Below are positions 1 through 12,949 of a stretch of DNA of 64,000 nt, piece by piece. The stretch lies in the NCBI RefSeq assembly GCF_009914755.1, contig NC_060926.1. One strand, given 5' to 3'. The notes under the pieces were generated by a model that saw only the letters and a program-made list of their open reading frames with translations, ran no database searches and was not told the DNA's origin. This DNA comes from the human T2T-CHM13v2.0 reference genome, Homo sapiens. Every line of letters starts with the position of its first letter. The stretch's first letter is position 1. Made by a program: the position numbers and the translations under genes.

Positions 1-107
1 AGAGGAGGTGGAGGGAGGTTCTAATGAATATTTATGCTCAAATCCACCCAGATTTGCTTGGTGATGGGACATAGAGCCTTTTAATGTGCTTTTAAAAATG
101 TGGATGA

Positions 108-403
108 GGCCAAGCACAGTGGCTCATGCTTGTAATCCCAGCACTTTGGGAGGCCGAGGTGGGTGGATCACGAGGTCAGGAGTTCGAGACCAGCAGCCTA
201 GTTAACATAGTGAAACCTCGTCTCTACTAAAAATAGAAAAAATTAGCCAGGCGTGATGGCAGGTGCCTGTAGTCCCAGCTACTTGGGAGGCTGAGGCAGG
301 AGAATTGCTTGAACCCAGAGGCGGAGGTTGCAGTGAGCCGAGATTGCGCCACTGCACTCCAGCCTGGGCGACAGGGTGAGACTCCACCTCAAAAAAGAAA
401 AAA
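108..403 (+). mobile_element. Alu (AluS-type), full length
   Basis: Dimeric Alu with central A-linker and A tail. Confidence 0.95.
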
Positions 404-529
404 GTGTATGGAGCCCAACGTGAAAAACAAGATTGGCATGACAATCAAATTGCTAGAGTTGAATGTACCCTAGCAAGACACTTCAAGGGTCTTAAAATCA
501 TTATTTTCCACAGGAACAAATGGCTTTCA

Positions 530-785
530 CTTAGGAAGAATAAATTTTTGAGGTCTATTGCATAGCATGGTGACTATGGCTAATGGTAATATATCATATT
601 TCAAGATTGCTAAGAGTAAATTTCAAATGTTTTTGCCAGAGAAAAGCATGTGAGGTAATAAATATGTCAATTATATTGATTTAATCATTTCACATTGTAT
701 ACATATATCAAAATATCCCACTGTATTCCACAAATACATACAATTAAGGCTTCTCAATGAAACAAATATAAATGAAAAAAATACA
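530..785 (+). mobile_element. L1M (L1MA-type) 3' end fragment
   Basis: 'ctattgcatagcatggtgactat...ttgatttaatcatttcacattgtatacatatatcaaaa' is typical L1MA 3'UTR; similar to 42560-42945. Confidence 0.75.
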
Positions 786-1104
786 TTTTCTTCCTTTTAC
801 TTAAACCAGAGGAAGGATCATGACTGGGAAATTAATAGTTTTAAATATGCTTCTAGTGGTCCATACTAAACTCTCTGAATGATCTTAAAAGTCATGTTAA
901 TTACCATCAGTTTAGATCCCATTGTTTTTATATTGCAGGCAGTGAAATGACCAGATACAAATAGACCAGAAGCTCTGTTGGATTTTTGTTTCTTTGAATG
1001 TAACTTCTTTCCTCAAGTCCTTTACATAAGGTCATGGGCATACAGAGAAATATTTCTCTGCCTTGTGAAAAACAATAATGCAGTCACGATGATAACAAGT
1101 AGTT

Positions 1105-1330
1105 ATTGTCATCTAACAAATAGATATTGTTGTGCCAAGTGGTATTCTAGGCACTGAGAATACTGTAGTCAGTAAGACAGGGAAGCTCTCTGCTAGCTTG
1201 GAACTTCAATTCTAGAGTATAGTGGAATCAGAGAATAAACAAGTAAACAAGAGGACAAGTAAGATTCTTTTCGAGAATGATAAGTATCGTCAGGAAAAGA
1301 GAAAAGAGTAAAACTGCAACTGGCAAAAGG
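1105..1330 (-). mobile_element. L2 fragment
   Basis: 'gtgccaagtggtattctaggcactgagaatac...aagacag' resembles the reverse L2 3' end. Confidence 0.55.
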
Positions 1331-1348
1331 ATCCAGCTGCCTGCAGCT

Positions 1349-1863
1349 TGTGGAAAGAAGTCAAAATAATAATGAATTATCATAATAAAGAGTGATATTT
1401 CTTTATTATTCATGCCAGCAATGGGAAGAGTAGAAAGGAATTCCACTCTTCAACTTGTGGAGGGAACGTGGGTTTTTAAAGAAAGGGTTTGGAATGCAGA
1501 AGAGGTAAGGAGGGAGCTAGGAGGTGCCAGGTGGCCTGACTTGCTCCCGTGGCTCACCTTGAATTATTGTCCCATTTGGTAAAGGAGCTGGCGCCATCGT
1601 GGGTCCTGCCAGGTCATAATAGGTCAATTCTGTAGTCACTCTTCAGTCGGGAGTGACTTCTGGACTTGAAGTAATCTTTTGTTGGAGAGAGAATTCTGGA
1701 GCTGTCTCGTCCCTATCAGGATCTGACCCCTGACACTTCTAAGGAAATATGTGACCAGATAAGAGAGCGTGGTGTGTGGTTAACAAGCATCGAGATAAAT
1801 AAACGTGCACAAGGCATGGGAGTATAGTATGGAAAAGGAAAGGGAGTCGAGGTTCACAGCACA
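1349..1863 (-). mobile_element. Probable old ERV solo LTR, family not assigned
   Basis: TG...CA-bounded ~500 bp GC-elevated block with a minus-strand AATAAA near its left end; no TSD seen. Confidence 0.35.
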
Positions 1864-3490
1864 TTCCAAGGCTGTATTTTGAGATGAAAGGTAGCACATA
1901 TGCAGTTTGTCTTAAAGTTACATCTTTAGATTTGGAGGGGGAAGAGAAAAGGGAAAAGAAAAAAAAGTTTAAAATGTAGTCTGAGGCTAAGCTGCTATAC
2001 TTTTCAGTTACAAAATGGGGTAGAGTCACCAGATTTAGAGATGGAGGAGTTTCAATGGTCAGAAAAGCCTCTTAATGGTATCAGACATTTAGCATCAGGG
2101 TTCGGAGAAACTCAGGGATGGAGGCAACCGTGACCAACTGGAGAGTCTGTGTTTCATTTGAAACAAGCAGTGCCATTGGATTCCTGCAGAATCCACTTGG
2201 CATTGGGGAGAGATAGGCAATGTTGCCAGATCTGGCCTTTCAAGAGAAACTCAAATTTAGATTTCAAAAAGAAATTGCCTTTTTATATGTTGGTACCTAA
2301 GATATAGGACATTTGCCAACCAACACTATATCACTGGTAACAGAATACAAGGGAGGTCTAGATCAGGTTGGAGGGACACCAGTGCCTTGAATCTCTGCTC
2401 TAGAACTTTCTTCTAGTCTAGAAGGCTAATCTAATAAAATAATGTGGCCTAAGATATTAATGCAGATGATAGCTTAATGTATATATCTTCCAGAGATGAT
2501 AACTGACAAATTAACCAGGACTTTCCACCAGTTGTGAACAATCAGGCATGCTGGAAGGAGAGACTGCTAAGAGTGGTCTGGCTCACAGTCCCTTGGATCA
2601 CAACTAGGGGCCTCGGCATATTTTTCACTTTGTAATGCTCCTCCTATGAGTAGACAAGTAAAAACAATGGGAACTAAACTGATGGCAATGAGCATGAGAA
2701 TTTAAATTATTCAGATATGTTATTATGGGCCACTATAGGTATATTTCCAAATGTATTAATTTCCCAGTCATAGTCTTTCCTCTGGTTTAAATGAAAATAA
2801 GTGGAAAGAAAGAAAATGAAAATTGGATACATAGGTTCTTTGATCAAATAAGGGAATTATATGTAGATATTATCATTAATGCTTTATAAAATTAAAACAT
2901 ATCCTTTCTGGCAAGAAGCAAATGATATTTAGAACTAGCATTTTCAGTTATTCTCTTTTTTTAGGTTTGCTTGGAATCATTTCCCATTGCCTCTTTAACT
3001 CCTTCTTCGCATCTCAGCATAAATGTCAGAACTTGGCTATGATTCATGGAAAAATTATGCCACGTAGTGTTAATGCCACACCATTTCTAACTAGAGCCTT
3101 TATTTTACCAGCCATGAAGCATAAAGAATATTATAAGTAGTTCTCTATTTGTTTTTTAGTGAAAAAATTTAGCAGTCTCCCATGTATTCATATAATTAAG
3201 TTCAGATTTTTTTCCATTATGTCCTTTATGTAATCAGATGATGATTTCTTAGACATTTGACCAAGTTTTATCTTTCTTTTAATTCCGAAACATTTCAGAT
3301 CCATAAAAACTGATGAAAATAAATTAGATTTTACAGTATACTAAATGATGGACTATTTAAGAATTACTTAAACTAATTTTTGGAAAACAAATTCTTTACA
3401 TTAAAAATATATTTAAAAACTAAAATAGCTGAACTATTTAGATTTTATAACTTACCAAAAAAAACAAAGTAGAAGAGAAAAGAGTATTAA

Positions 3491-3948
<458 letters not shown>

Positions 3949-4781
3949 CTAAGATGTGAACCAACTGATTTTGAATTAAAAATTAGAACCATCTTCTGTA
4001 AGACTTAAACACAGGAAAATCACACCAACTCAGCGTCCTTAATTGCTTTTAGTATCTCTGTTCTAGTTCATGGTCTTTCTTTCACTTTCCTGTATTTTCA
4101 ATCTTATGGTCAGGACAGGTGCATGCTGTTTTAATTAGCATATTCACACCTGGAATGCAACAACTTAGAAATTACCTGCAGTCACAAAGAATGTCTCCAT
4201 GGCAAAAAACAAACAAACAAAAAATAAATTACCTACAGTATGTTCCTTTTTTTCTTTTGAAAATCTTAGTGAATGTTATGTACTTTGAAGAGGTTAAAAC
4301 CTGAAACTATTGATCCAGGGAGAAAAGTACTTTTTGCATAGACTTTCCTTTCCAAGAAACTGAAGGAAACTGTTTGTTCTTGAAGAATGCCATTTGGCCT
4401 TTCTCTTATATTGTCTATATAATAGACTACAAGCTGTTCTTTCTGCAAAATGAGCTTGTTTTGAAGTTAGATCATAGTTCAAAGAGAGATCTTGTACAGC
4501 TATTTCAAGAAGCGAGGACTCTGGAGGGCGAGCCATAGGTGTGGATTTCATTGCAGGATTGAGTTGCCAGGTGAGTTTAGATATTGGCTGTAGAAGCAGA
4601 TATTTGAGTAACTGTACTCTTTCCAGTTTGGCTGCTGGAGAACATAGTTTGTTTTTCTCAAGTCACTTACAGAAAGTAAGCAAATAGCTCAGGTAACCTC
4701 TTTCTTAACTCCCAGACTTCCTGTGTACAGTCCTATAAGCTCTGTGAAAGCCACCCTCAAATCTCAATATTCAAACTACAT

Positions 4782-5060
4782 TATATTAGTCCGTTCTCAC
4801 ATTGCAATAAGGAAATACTTGAGACTGGGTAATTTATAAAGAAAAGAGGTTGAATGGACTCACAGTTCCGCATGGCTTGGGAGGCCTCAGGAACTTACAA
4901 TCATGACAGAAGACACTTTTTCACAGGGCAGAGGAGAGAGAATGAGTGACAGCAGGGGAAATGCCACATGCCTATAAAACCATCAAATCTCGTGAGAACT
5001 CACTGACTATCATGAGAACAGCATGGGGGAAACCACCCCCATGATTCAATTACCTTCCAT
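4782..5060 (-). mobile_element. THE1/MST-type MaLR LTR, lacking its 5' end
   Basis: 'tattagtccgttctcac...gagactgggtaatttataaagaaaagaggtt...catgattcaattacc' is the reverse THE1/MST LTR. Confidence 0.85.
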
Positions 5061-5470
5061 GGTGGTATCAGTGGGATATCAGTGATATCAGATCTTGCCA
5101 TTTTCAGAGTAAAATATTTGAATTTCAAGTCAGATATCTAGAATGCAACATATTGGCTTTCTATTCTTTTCCATGAAATGTATAAATTATGTAAAATATA
5201 TCTTTGTGTAGAATCTGGGTTTTGGACTACACATTTGTGACTTCTGGACTCATTCTAATTTCATTACTTAAAAATTTAGTAGGGTAAATTAGTTCCTTTC
5301 AGATAAATAATGCTAGGAGTATTAACCTTCTCCTTCATTCTCAATTTAGAAATAATGGGTTTTACTGCAATAACTTTGCACCTATCAGCTTCACAAACTG
5401 GGAGGTTTGATGGTGGGATGAACAGGGACTCACTTAACATATCTGACTTTTTAAGAGTGGATCTTTTCCT

Positions 5471-5638
5471 TTTGTTTTTTAGAGATGGAATCTTGCTATG
5501 TTGCCCAGGCCAAAGTACAGTGGCTATTCACAAGCACAGTCATTGAGTACTACAGCCTCAGACTCCTAGGCTCAAGCAATCCTCTTTCCTCAGCCTCCCA
5601 AATACAAGCACGACAGGTGCATGCCACAGTGCATGGCC
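5471..5638 (-). mobile_element. FAM (fossil Alu monomer)
   Basis: Single Alu arm retaining the 7SL-derived 'gtggctattcaca' segment that dimeric Alus lack. Confidence 0.8.
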
Positions 5639-6356
5639 TGTATCTTTTTCTTTGACACCTCCCTCCTGTATATGACAAAATTATTTTTAATAATTATGAA
5701 ATAAAACTAATCATAGTGGCTGTGAAAGTGATGAAAACAGTGAAGATTTATCTTTTATTGAATTTCATATATAGTCACGTCACTTAAAAATTTAAAAATT
5801 AATAAATTTAGAGACTAAAATAAATACCTTCAACAAAGGAAAACATAATGAATTGATATTTAACTAATGCATTTTTTAAAAAAGGAAAAATAATATCTAC
5901 ATAATGATCTGTCACTAAATGAATAATATAGTTTCTGTGTTCAAGCCCTCTGTCAACGGCTTCAGCAAAATAGATTTTTGCATGTTTAAGTTTATTAGCA
6001 AGTATAGACAGATTGCTTAATCTATCTTCACTCTTAGTTGATCAGAGGTTACTTTTTATTTTCAGTTTGATATATTTCTCTGACACAAAGCAACAGTTAT
6101 ACAAATAGTTAGAAAAGTCTTTAAGGATAGTTTGGCAGAGATTTTTATAAAAATCTTATTTCACAATAAATTTCATTGCTCTCCATGTCTTTCTTTGGGA
6201 TTGATTCTAGCAGCTTTCAAATGTCCCTACAGTCAAAATATTTTAAACATAAAAATTCCAAGTGGCTACATAGAATGACAGAATTGAAGTAACAAGTTCT
6301 GTTTCTTCATCTTTGCAATCACAATGCTATCATTGCTTGTTTAAAACCTACTAGTT

Positions 6357-6687
6357 AGCTGGCATGGTGGCTCACACCTGTAATCTGAGCACTTTGGAAG
6401 GCTGAGGCAGGAGGATCGCTTGAGGCCAGGTATTTGAGACCTGCCTGGACAACAAAGTGAGGGCCCATCTTTATAAAAACATAAAAATAAAAATAGCCTG
6501 GTGCAGTGGCTCGAGCTTATGATCCCAGCTACTCTGGAGGCTAAGGCAGGAGGATCACTTTGAGTCCAGGAGGTTGAGGCTACAGTGAACTATGATTGTG
6601 CCACTGCATTCCAGCCTGGGAGACAGAGCAAGACTAAGACCCTATCTCTACAAAACAAAACAAACAAAACCAAATAAACAAAACAAA
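6357..6687 (+). mobile_element. AluJ with (CAAA)n-type tail
   Basis: 'ggaggatcgcttgaggccagg' and 'gaactatgattgtgcc' are J-type features. Confidence 0.9.
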
Positions 6688-6815
6688 TCTACCAGTTAAA
6701 TGCAGAAATATATAGCTTCAGAGGTGATGGAGGTAGAAATTGCCCCCCAAGCTAGCTAGAAAGAGATTCCTAACTGTCTTCAACTTGGAATTCTGTGATG
6801 AGTTAGTTCCCCAGT

Positions 6816-6880
6816 TTCCAGGTAAAGTGTATACACTTTACCTGGAAGTTCTCCTAGTTTTACCTGGGAGTTCTCCTAGT
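6816..6880. repeat. Perfect 32-bp palindrome overlapping a 2 x 22-bp tandem duplication
   Basis: ttccaggtaaagtgta|tacactttacctggaa (6816-6847); tttacctgg(a/g)agttctcctagt at 6837-6858 and 6859-6880. Confidence 0.95.
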
Positions 6881-7043
6881 TTTCCTTCATGAAGAATACA
6901 GTGTTTATCAAAGAATAAATAATTTTTTAAAAGCTCAAATTTGCAATTTACCAATATGTTATTAAAATTTAGTAGCAACCACATCACTTCTTTAGAATTT
7001 ACCCTGATGAAAGATTTTTTTTTTGATAGGAGTATTTGATCAC

Positions 7044-7383
7044 TGTATTAGTCCATTTTCACACTGCTGATAAAGACATACTTGAGACTGGGCAATTTAC
7101 AAATGGAAGAGTTTTATTGGACTTACAGTTCCACGTGGCTGGGGAGGCTTCACAATCAGGGCTGAAGGTGAAAGGCATGTCTCACATGGTGGCAGACAAG
7201 AAGAACTTGTGCAGGGAAACTCCACTTTTTAAAACTATCAGATCTCGTGAGACTTATTCACTATTACGAGAACAGCACAGGAAAGACCTGCCCCCATGAT
7301 TCAATTACCTCCCACCAGGTCCTTCCCACAACACGTGAGAATTCAAGATGAGATTTGGGTGGGGACACAGGCAAACCATATCA
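7044..7383 (-). mobile_element. THE1 (B-like) solo LTR, complete, with 5-bp TSD ATCAC
   Basis: tgtattagtcc...aaaccatatca termini; ATCAC at 7039-7043 and 7384-7388. Confidence 0.92.
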
Positions 7384-9084
7384 ATCACTGACTTTGTTTA
7401 GAAGTGCCTTTGCTGGAGCTTGGTGAAAATAAGTTGATCCTGTTATTATTTTTAAATTCTCTACGGACATTGTACACCAATTTTGTCTGCACTGGGTCTG
7501 ACAGATCCCTTTACCCACCCCCCTTGAGATACCACAGGAAAGGAGTTGCAAACAGAGGGAAAAACACAGATTGAGGAAGACTGTGTTTTGTACCATGCAG
7601 TCACATAACCCATCCCATAAACCTCCCTGCCCCAATTGCATGAGAGATATTAGCAAATTGTCTTGTTTGCCCTCTGAATCAGATTTCCTACATGTGCTTA
7701 AGTAAATCATTGTTTTTATTTGAGGAAGAGAAGATTCACTGAGGATGCTTGAGTAAATGAACTCTGGCACCCTGTACCTCATTTGGGTGAGGTTTTAGTC
7801 CCCTCATCCCTTTAGTGGCTGAATTCCAACCACTGCCTGCTGTTGGACCCAGAGTTTTGGCAACCTGTGGCTCTTATTTCAGCTCTGTCTCTGGTCCATG
7901 GGCCGGTTTATCTCTTTTTAAAGTCCAGTTATGGTTTTGTTTTTACTTCTACATTTTATCTGCCATTGTTCAATTTTTACAGTAAAGATAGGGCCAGCAG
8001 AGCTTAGATTTAGAGCCAGTTTCTCTGTTTTCTATTGGTGTGTACCTGTGAATGTATATTAATGAAACAAAACATAATGAAAATGAGGGGAGCATTTTAT
8101 AAATACCCACTGGTTTATTCTTTTTAGCTTTTTACTTAGAAGCATGATTTTTATGTCTGTTAAATCTTAATCCATCTATTTATGTGATATTTCTTTAATG
8201 GAGTTTTAATATAAAAATATATATTGTTGCCCTTCTTGCTTTGTTTAAAAGATGTTTACATTTTAAAAGTTGGGAAAGCATTCAAAGTATAATTTGCTGA
8301 AATATTGTAAGGAGACATATACTTTTCCATTGCTAAAATCTACAGAAATAGAAGTCTACTTCTGTGTTGCCATTTTTCTTAAGTAATCAATTTACTAAGA
8401 AAACTCATTTCTCTGTGGTAGTTTTTTACTCACTGATACATAACATAATGCCTTCACGCCTTAATTGGGTTGTTAGGTGGGATTTAAATGATTCACATAT
8501 GATGCTGAACATGATTCATATTCTGTGCTATATTTTCAGAGAACAGAAAGAATAGAGCAACAACTACAAAAGCAGATGGGACAAATATGTTAGAAGCTGT
8601 TTCAGTACCTATAAGTATTGTAGAACCACCTGGCTAAAAAGCAAAAGGATGTTCATCATAATAGTTTTATATAGCATAGTTGTTGAGAACTTCTTTCTGA
8701 AAATAATGACCCCAAACAGGCTCAGCTGTTTCTTCCTCTTGTATATGGCAGTTGGGCACATATCTTATTTTTTTGTAGCTGCATTAGTTTTTAAATATAA
8801 GTTTAAAAGAAAAAAGGCTAGAGCATAACTTGATTTTCACATCATTTAAAAGCATTATTAGATCTCTCAAAAGACTCTTCTTTCCAATTCTAATTATACT
8901 GGCATGATTATAATACAAGTTTTCAAGGGGCATTAGTACCTGGGATCTATATTGAAGCAATACAATTTATAATTCTATCTATGGAGCCGAAGTATAATTC
9001 AAATTCAGTAAGACGTTCAAGAGTTATATATTGTTTTTGAATTTACTTCTTCAGTGAGATATCAATTATCCATAGTAGATAGAA

Positions 9085-9260
9085 CTGTGGATCCCAACCT
9101 TGGCTGCACGTTAAAAACACCAGGGGAACTTCTAAGACTCCCAGTGGCCACACCACACCCTAAACCAATCATTTTAGATTTTCCAGGGAAGGGTAAAACC
9201 CTGGAAGCAGTATAATTTCCCCAGGTAATTTCAATATGCAGCCCAAATTGAGAATCACTG
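9085..9260. mobile_element. MER5-type hAT-Charlie DNA transposon
   Basis: 'cccaaccttggctgcacgtt...ggtaatttcaatatgcagcccaaattgagaatcactg' termini. Confidence 0.7.
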
Positions 9261-9899
9261 AATTAGAAAGTACCATAATGGAGAAGTATGTCTAAAATCA
9301 TTTTCTTCTTCTGATAAAATGCTGTATTGTAAAGCTCAGACTTAGATTTTGTTGACAGAGGAAAGTTGAAAAAGGATTTTTAGGAATATTACATTTATTT
9401 CTTCATTTATCCATCCATCTATTTATACATTCAGTAGCACTTATTAATTTCCAATATGTGCCAAATTGGGCCGAGTTTATAATCTTAAGTTATGGAAAAT
9501 ATATTTTTGAAGACAGGTTGATCATTTCTTGTGATAATCTAACCTTAAGAGATAAAGCAAAGGAACAGTTTTCTAACAATTGGGGTTCAGGCTACAGTGA
9601 AAATAATTTTGTCAATTGGAGAGCTTGTTAACACAAGATTCTTTTCTGTTTGAGTAGATACATTAAGGGGAATGTGCTTAATGAAACCCAGTTAAGGTGA
9701 TTCCTGGAATCAACAAAATGCAGAAACTTAATCTTCCCACTGTTAGGTGAAAATAGTCATCTTATTATTTATAACAATTTTTGCTTTGAGAATTTTTGTT
9801 TTAGAAGATATACCTATGAGCAACAAAGTCTTTAAATCTGCACTCATTACTGGTTTTGAGAGCTGAAACCAAGCCGTGGCACCAAAATGTTAATGAGAA

Positions 9900-10490
9900 C
9901 TGTCATTTATGCAGAATTTACCATGGGTACTCTGCTAAGTACTTTTAACATCCATAAAATCTTCATAACAATCCTTTGAGGAAGATATTAGCATTATCCC
10001 CATTTTAAAAACAAGGAAACTGAGTTTATAGAGAGGTTAAGTAAAACATACAAGGTCACTGTATTAGTCCATTTTCCCACTGCTGATAAAGACATACCCG
10101 AGACTGGGTAATTTATAAAGAAAAAGAGGTTTAATGGACTCACATTTCCAGTTGGCTGGGGATGCCTCACAAACATGGCGGATGGCGAAAGGCACATCTT
10201 ACATGGCAGCAGACAAGAGAAATAAGAATCAAGTGAAAGCAGTTTCCCCGTATATAGAACCATCAGATCTCGTGAGACTTATTCACTACCACGAGAACAG
10301 AATGGGGGAAACAGCCCCCATGATTCAATAATCCCCTGCCAGGTCCCTCCCATAACATGTGGGAATTGTGGGAGCTACAATTCAAGAGGAGATTTGGGTG
10401 GGGACACAGCCAAACTGCATCAGTTACTTCCTGAGGGCAACTGGGTGTGAACCTCAAAACTAGGGGGTGACTTCAAAAGCGGTGCTTAAG
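9900..10490 (-). mobile_element. MIR interrupted by a THE1 LTR
   Basis: MIR core 'attatccccattttaaaaacaaggaaactgag...aaggtcac' stops at the LTR and resumes after 10422. Confidence 0.7.
10060..10422 (-). mobile_element. THE1 solo LTR, complete, TSD GT(C/T)AC
   Basis: tgtattagtcc...cagccaaactgcatca; flanked by gtcac and gttac. Confidence 0.92.
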
Positions 10491-10546
10491 TTTAAGAAGC
10501 AATCATTTAAATCCCTGTGTTATGCTCCCTCTCAGACCTGATGTGA

Positions 10547-10862
<316 letters not shown>

Positions 10863-10971
10863 TGATTTTATGAGGGTTTATATAAGTATACACATAATTA
10901 GTGTAAATGTTGTGAGTATATATTGTCCATAGTGGAACCTTAGTGAAGAGCATAGAAATAAGGTGTATTAG

Positions 10972-11153
10972 ATTGTTCTCCAAATTTCTCTGAATATGAA
11001 AATCCCCTGGGTACCTGTTAACACTGTCACTTTTTCCCTAGTCACTGACTCCCTGAATTAGAATCTCCAAGGGAAGAGCCTGGAAAGCTGAATTTTTTCC
11101 AACAACGAGCCCTAAGTCATTCCTATTGTAAGGGAAGTTTGGAAACATTGCTC
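10972..11153. mobile_element. MER5-type DNA transposon
   Basis: 'gttctccaaa...gaattagaatctcc...gaagtttggaaacattgc' MER5-like body and termini. Confidence 0.6.
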
Positions 11154-12949
11154 TGAGTTAAGCATTATAATCGACAAATAATGAAGGCACAAAATCTTTA
11201 TACCTGAAAAAATATCTTGATATTTCTTTCAGGTGTAAAGTGCTAGATTATCATGTCTAAAGAAATAAAGATCCATTAAAAGGGAGTTGCTTGGCCAAAG
11301 AAGCATTGAAAAAGAGTTTCTGAAGGACAGAGGATGGTAGACCTCAAGGCCCACTCAGCTCTGATGAGGGAAGAAGGTTTCCAGAGTCAAGGATATATCT
11401 TTTGAAGGTGTATCTTACTGTGGAGATGGATGCTTCAGGCTCAAGAAGCCTGATGACATTAAACATTGAAATCACATAATTATCTCAACTTGGCCTGAGT
11501 CTCTCCGCTCAGCAAGTAACCCTCTGATTAAAGCATGACTTCCTATATAGTGTGCATGAGGGGAGATAAAATTTGTTGGCTGGGGGATAGGAGTGTTCCG
11601 TTAAAGTTCTCATTGTAAATCAATAATCTGACACTCAGATTTTAGCCATCAGTGTTTTGAACTTTAATGCAAGTCCACCCATAAGAGCTGTATGCCCTTT
11701 GTGTTATTAAGTTATGATTCTGAGGCTGCAGAGATGAGGTCTGGTGAAAGTCTTGCTATTCTGTGTGAGAAAGACCTGCCTGGATAGACCTGCCATTATA
11801 ACCTCTCTCCTTTGAAGCTTGTTCTCATTTGCCTCTCTGATTTCTATGCCTGTGCCCTGTAGTTCAAGGTGTTTATCTGCTGGAGGGTAGGAGTGGGGGC
11901 ACGTTGGTGGAGAGGGAGGCAGGAGGAGTTAGGGAATTGGAAAAGTTCCAGAAAGTGGAGGAAAGGCCAAGGTAACATTCAGTTTATGACAAACAAAATA
12001 GGAATACAGAGCAGGATAGTAACTCTGAAAGCCATGGTATTGTTTTAAGAATGGATTTGCTGAATTTCTTTGACTTTCCTCCCTCCACCCCTTGTAGTAG
12101 ATGAACAAGTCTAGCCTGGAAAACTAGAGAACGAGTTTAAGATCACAGAGTTCTCTTATAAAGAAAAGACACTATTTGTCTTAAGATTTGTTGTTCATTT
12201 GTAGAAGGAAGATCAGATGTAAAGAAAGCATACCTGCTTTCTATCCTTAGGATTTAAGGGAAAAAGAAAGGAAAGAAAGTAAGAGGAGAGAGGGGTGAAC
12301 ACAGTGCTAATTTTCTACCTCAGGGCTTTGACCCGGAAGCATGTGTATCCATTAAATGAGCTTAATGTGGAAGGCAAGGTATTTTAAATATTCATTAAAT
12401 GAGTTTAACATGGAAGGCAAGCTGCTGTAGATCTCTCTTGTACATGCCACATCAAAGTAAACGATCCTGCACAAGATGGTACAGTAAAGGAGACATTGGG
12501 TTCCGGATTGGTCACCTTCAGTTGAGTGTGGCATGGTCACTGACTTGTGAACAGTGTTCTGTCATGGATCCCACTCTGGTGAACTGGGTGACCTCTGAGC
12601 TAAGTGTGAGCTTATGTGCCTATGGGAAAAATGGAAGATGTAACAGACACTCGAGGGTGAAAATGAGTTAGCCCAGAAGCACTACCATATTGTAACTAAG
12701 TCAAGAAAGAGACCAGATCACAAGTTATGTCGGCCCCTAATCCTGACATAGAAAATATTACCCAGGGAAAAGGGGACATTGTCCACCCCAGAGACTATCA
12801 AAGGTACAGGACGCTACCCTTGGCAAACTTGACCTTTTTCTGCCCCCACTAGAATATGTGAGATCCCTCTTGTAATATAACTAGGAATTCTCCTCCAGCT
12901 ACCACCTATTTCTCTGCTCCCCTTTCCCATCCTCCCTACTTTCTCTCTT

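Noticed and set aside
7044-10422. Two THE1 LTRs as the ends of one provirus
   Set aside because: Each LTR has its own distinct TSD, and the DNA between contains MER5 and MIR rather than THE1 internal sequence.
12350-12421. Repeat-spacer-repeat resembling a minimal CRISPR array
   Set aside because: Only two degenerate copies with a 14-bp spacer, primate DNA and no cas genes; treated as a local duplication.
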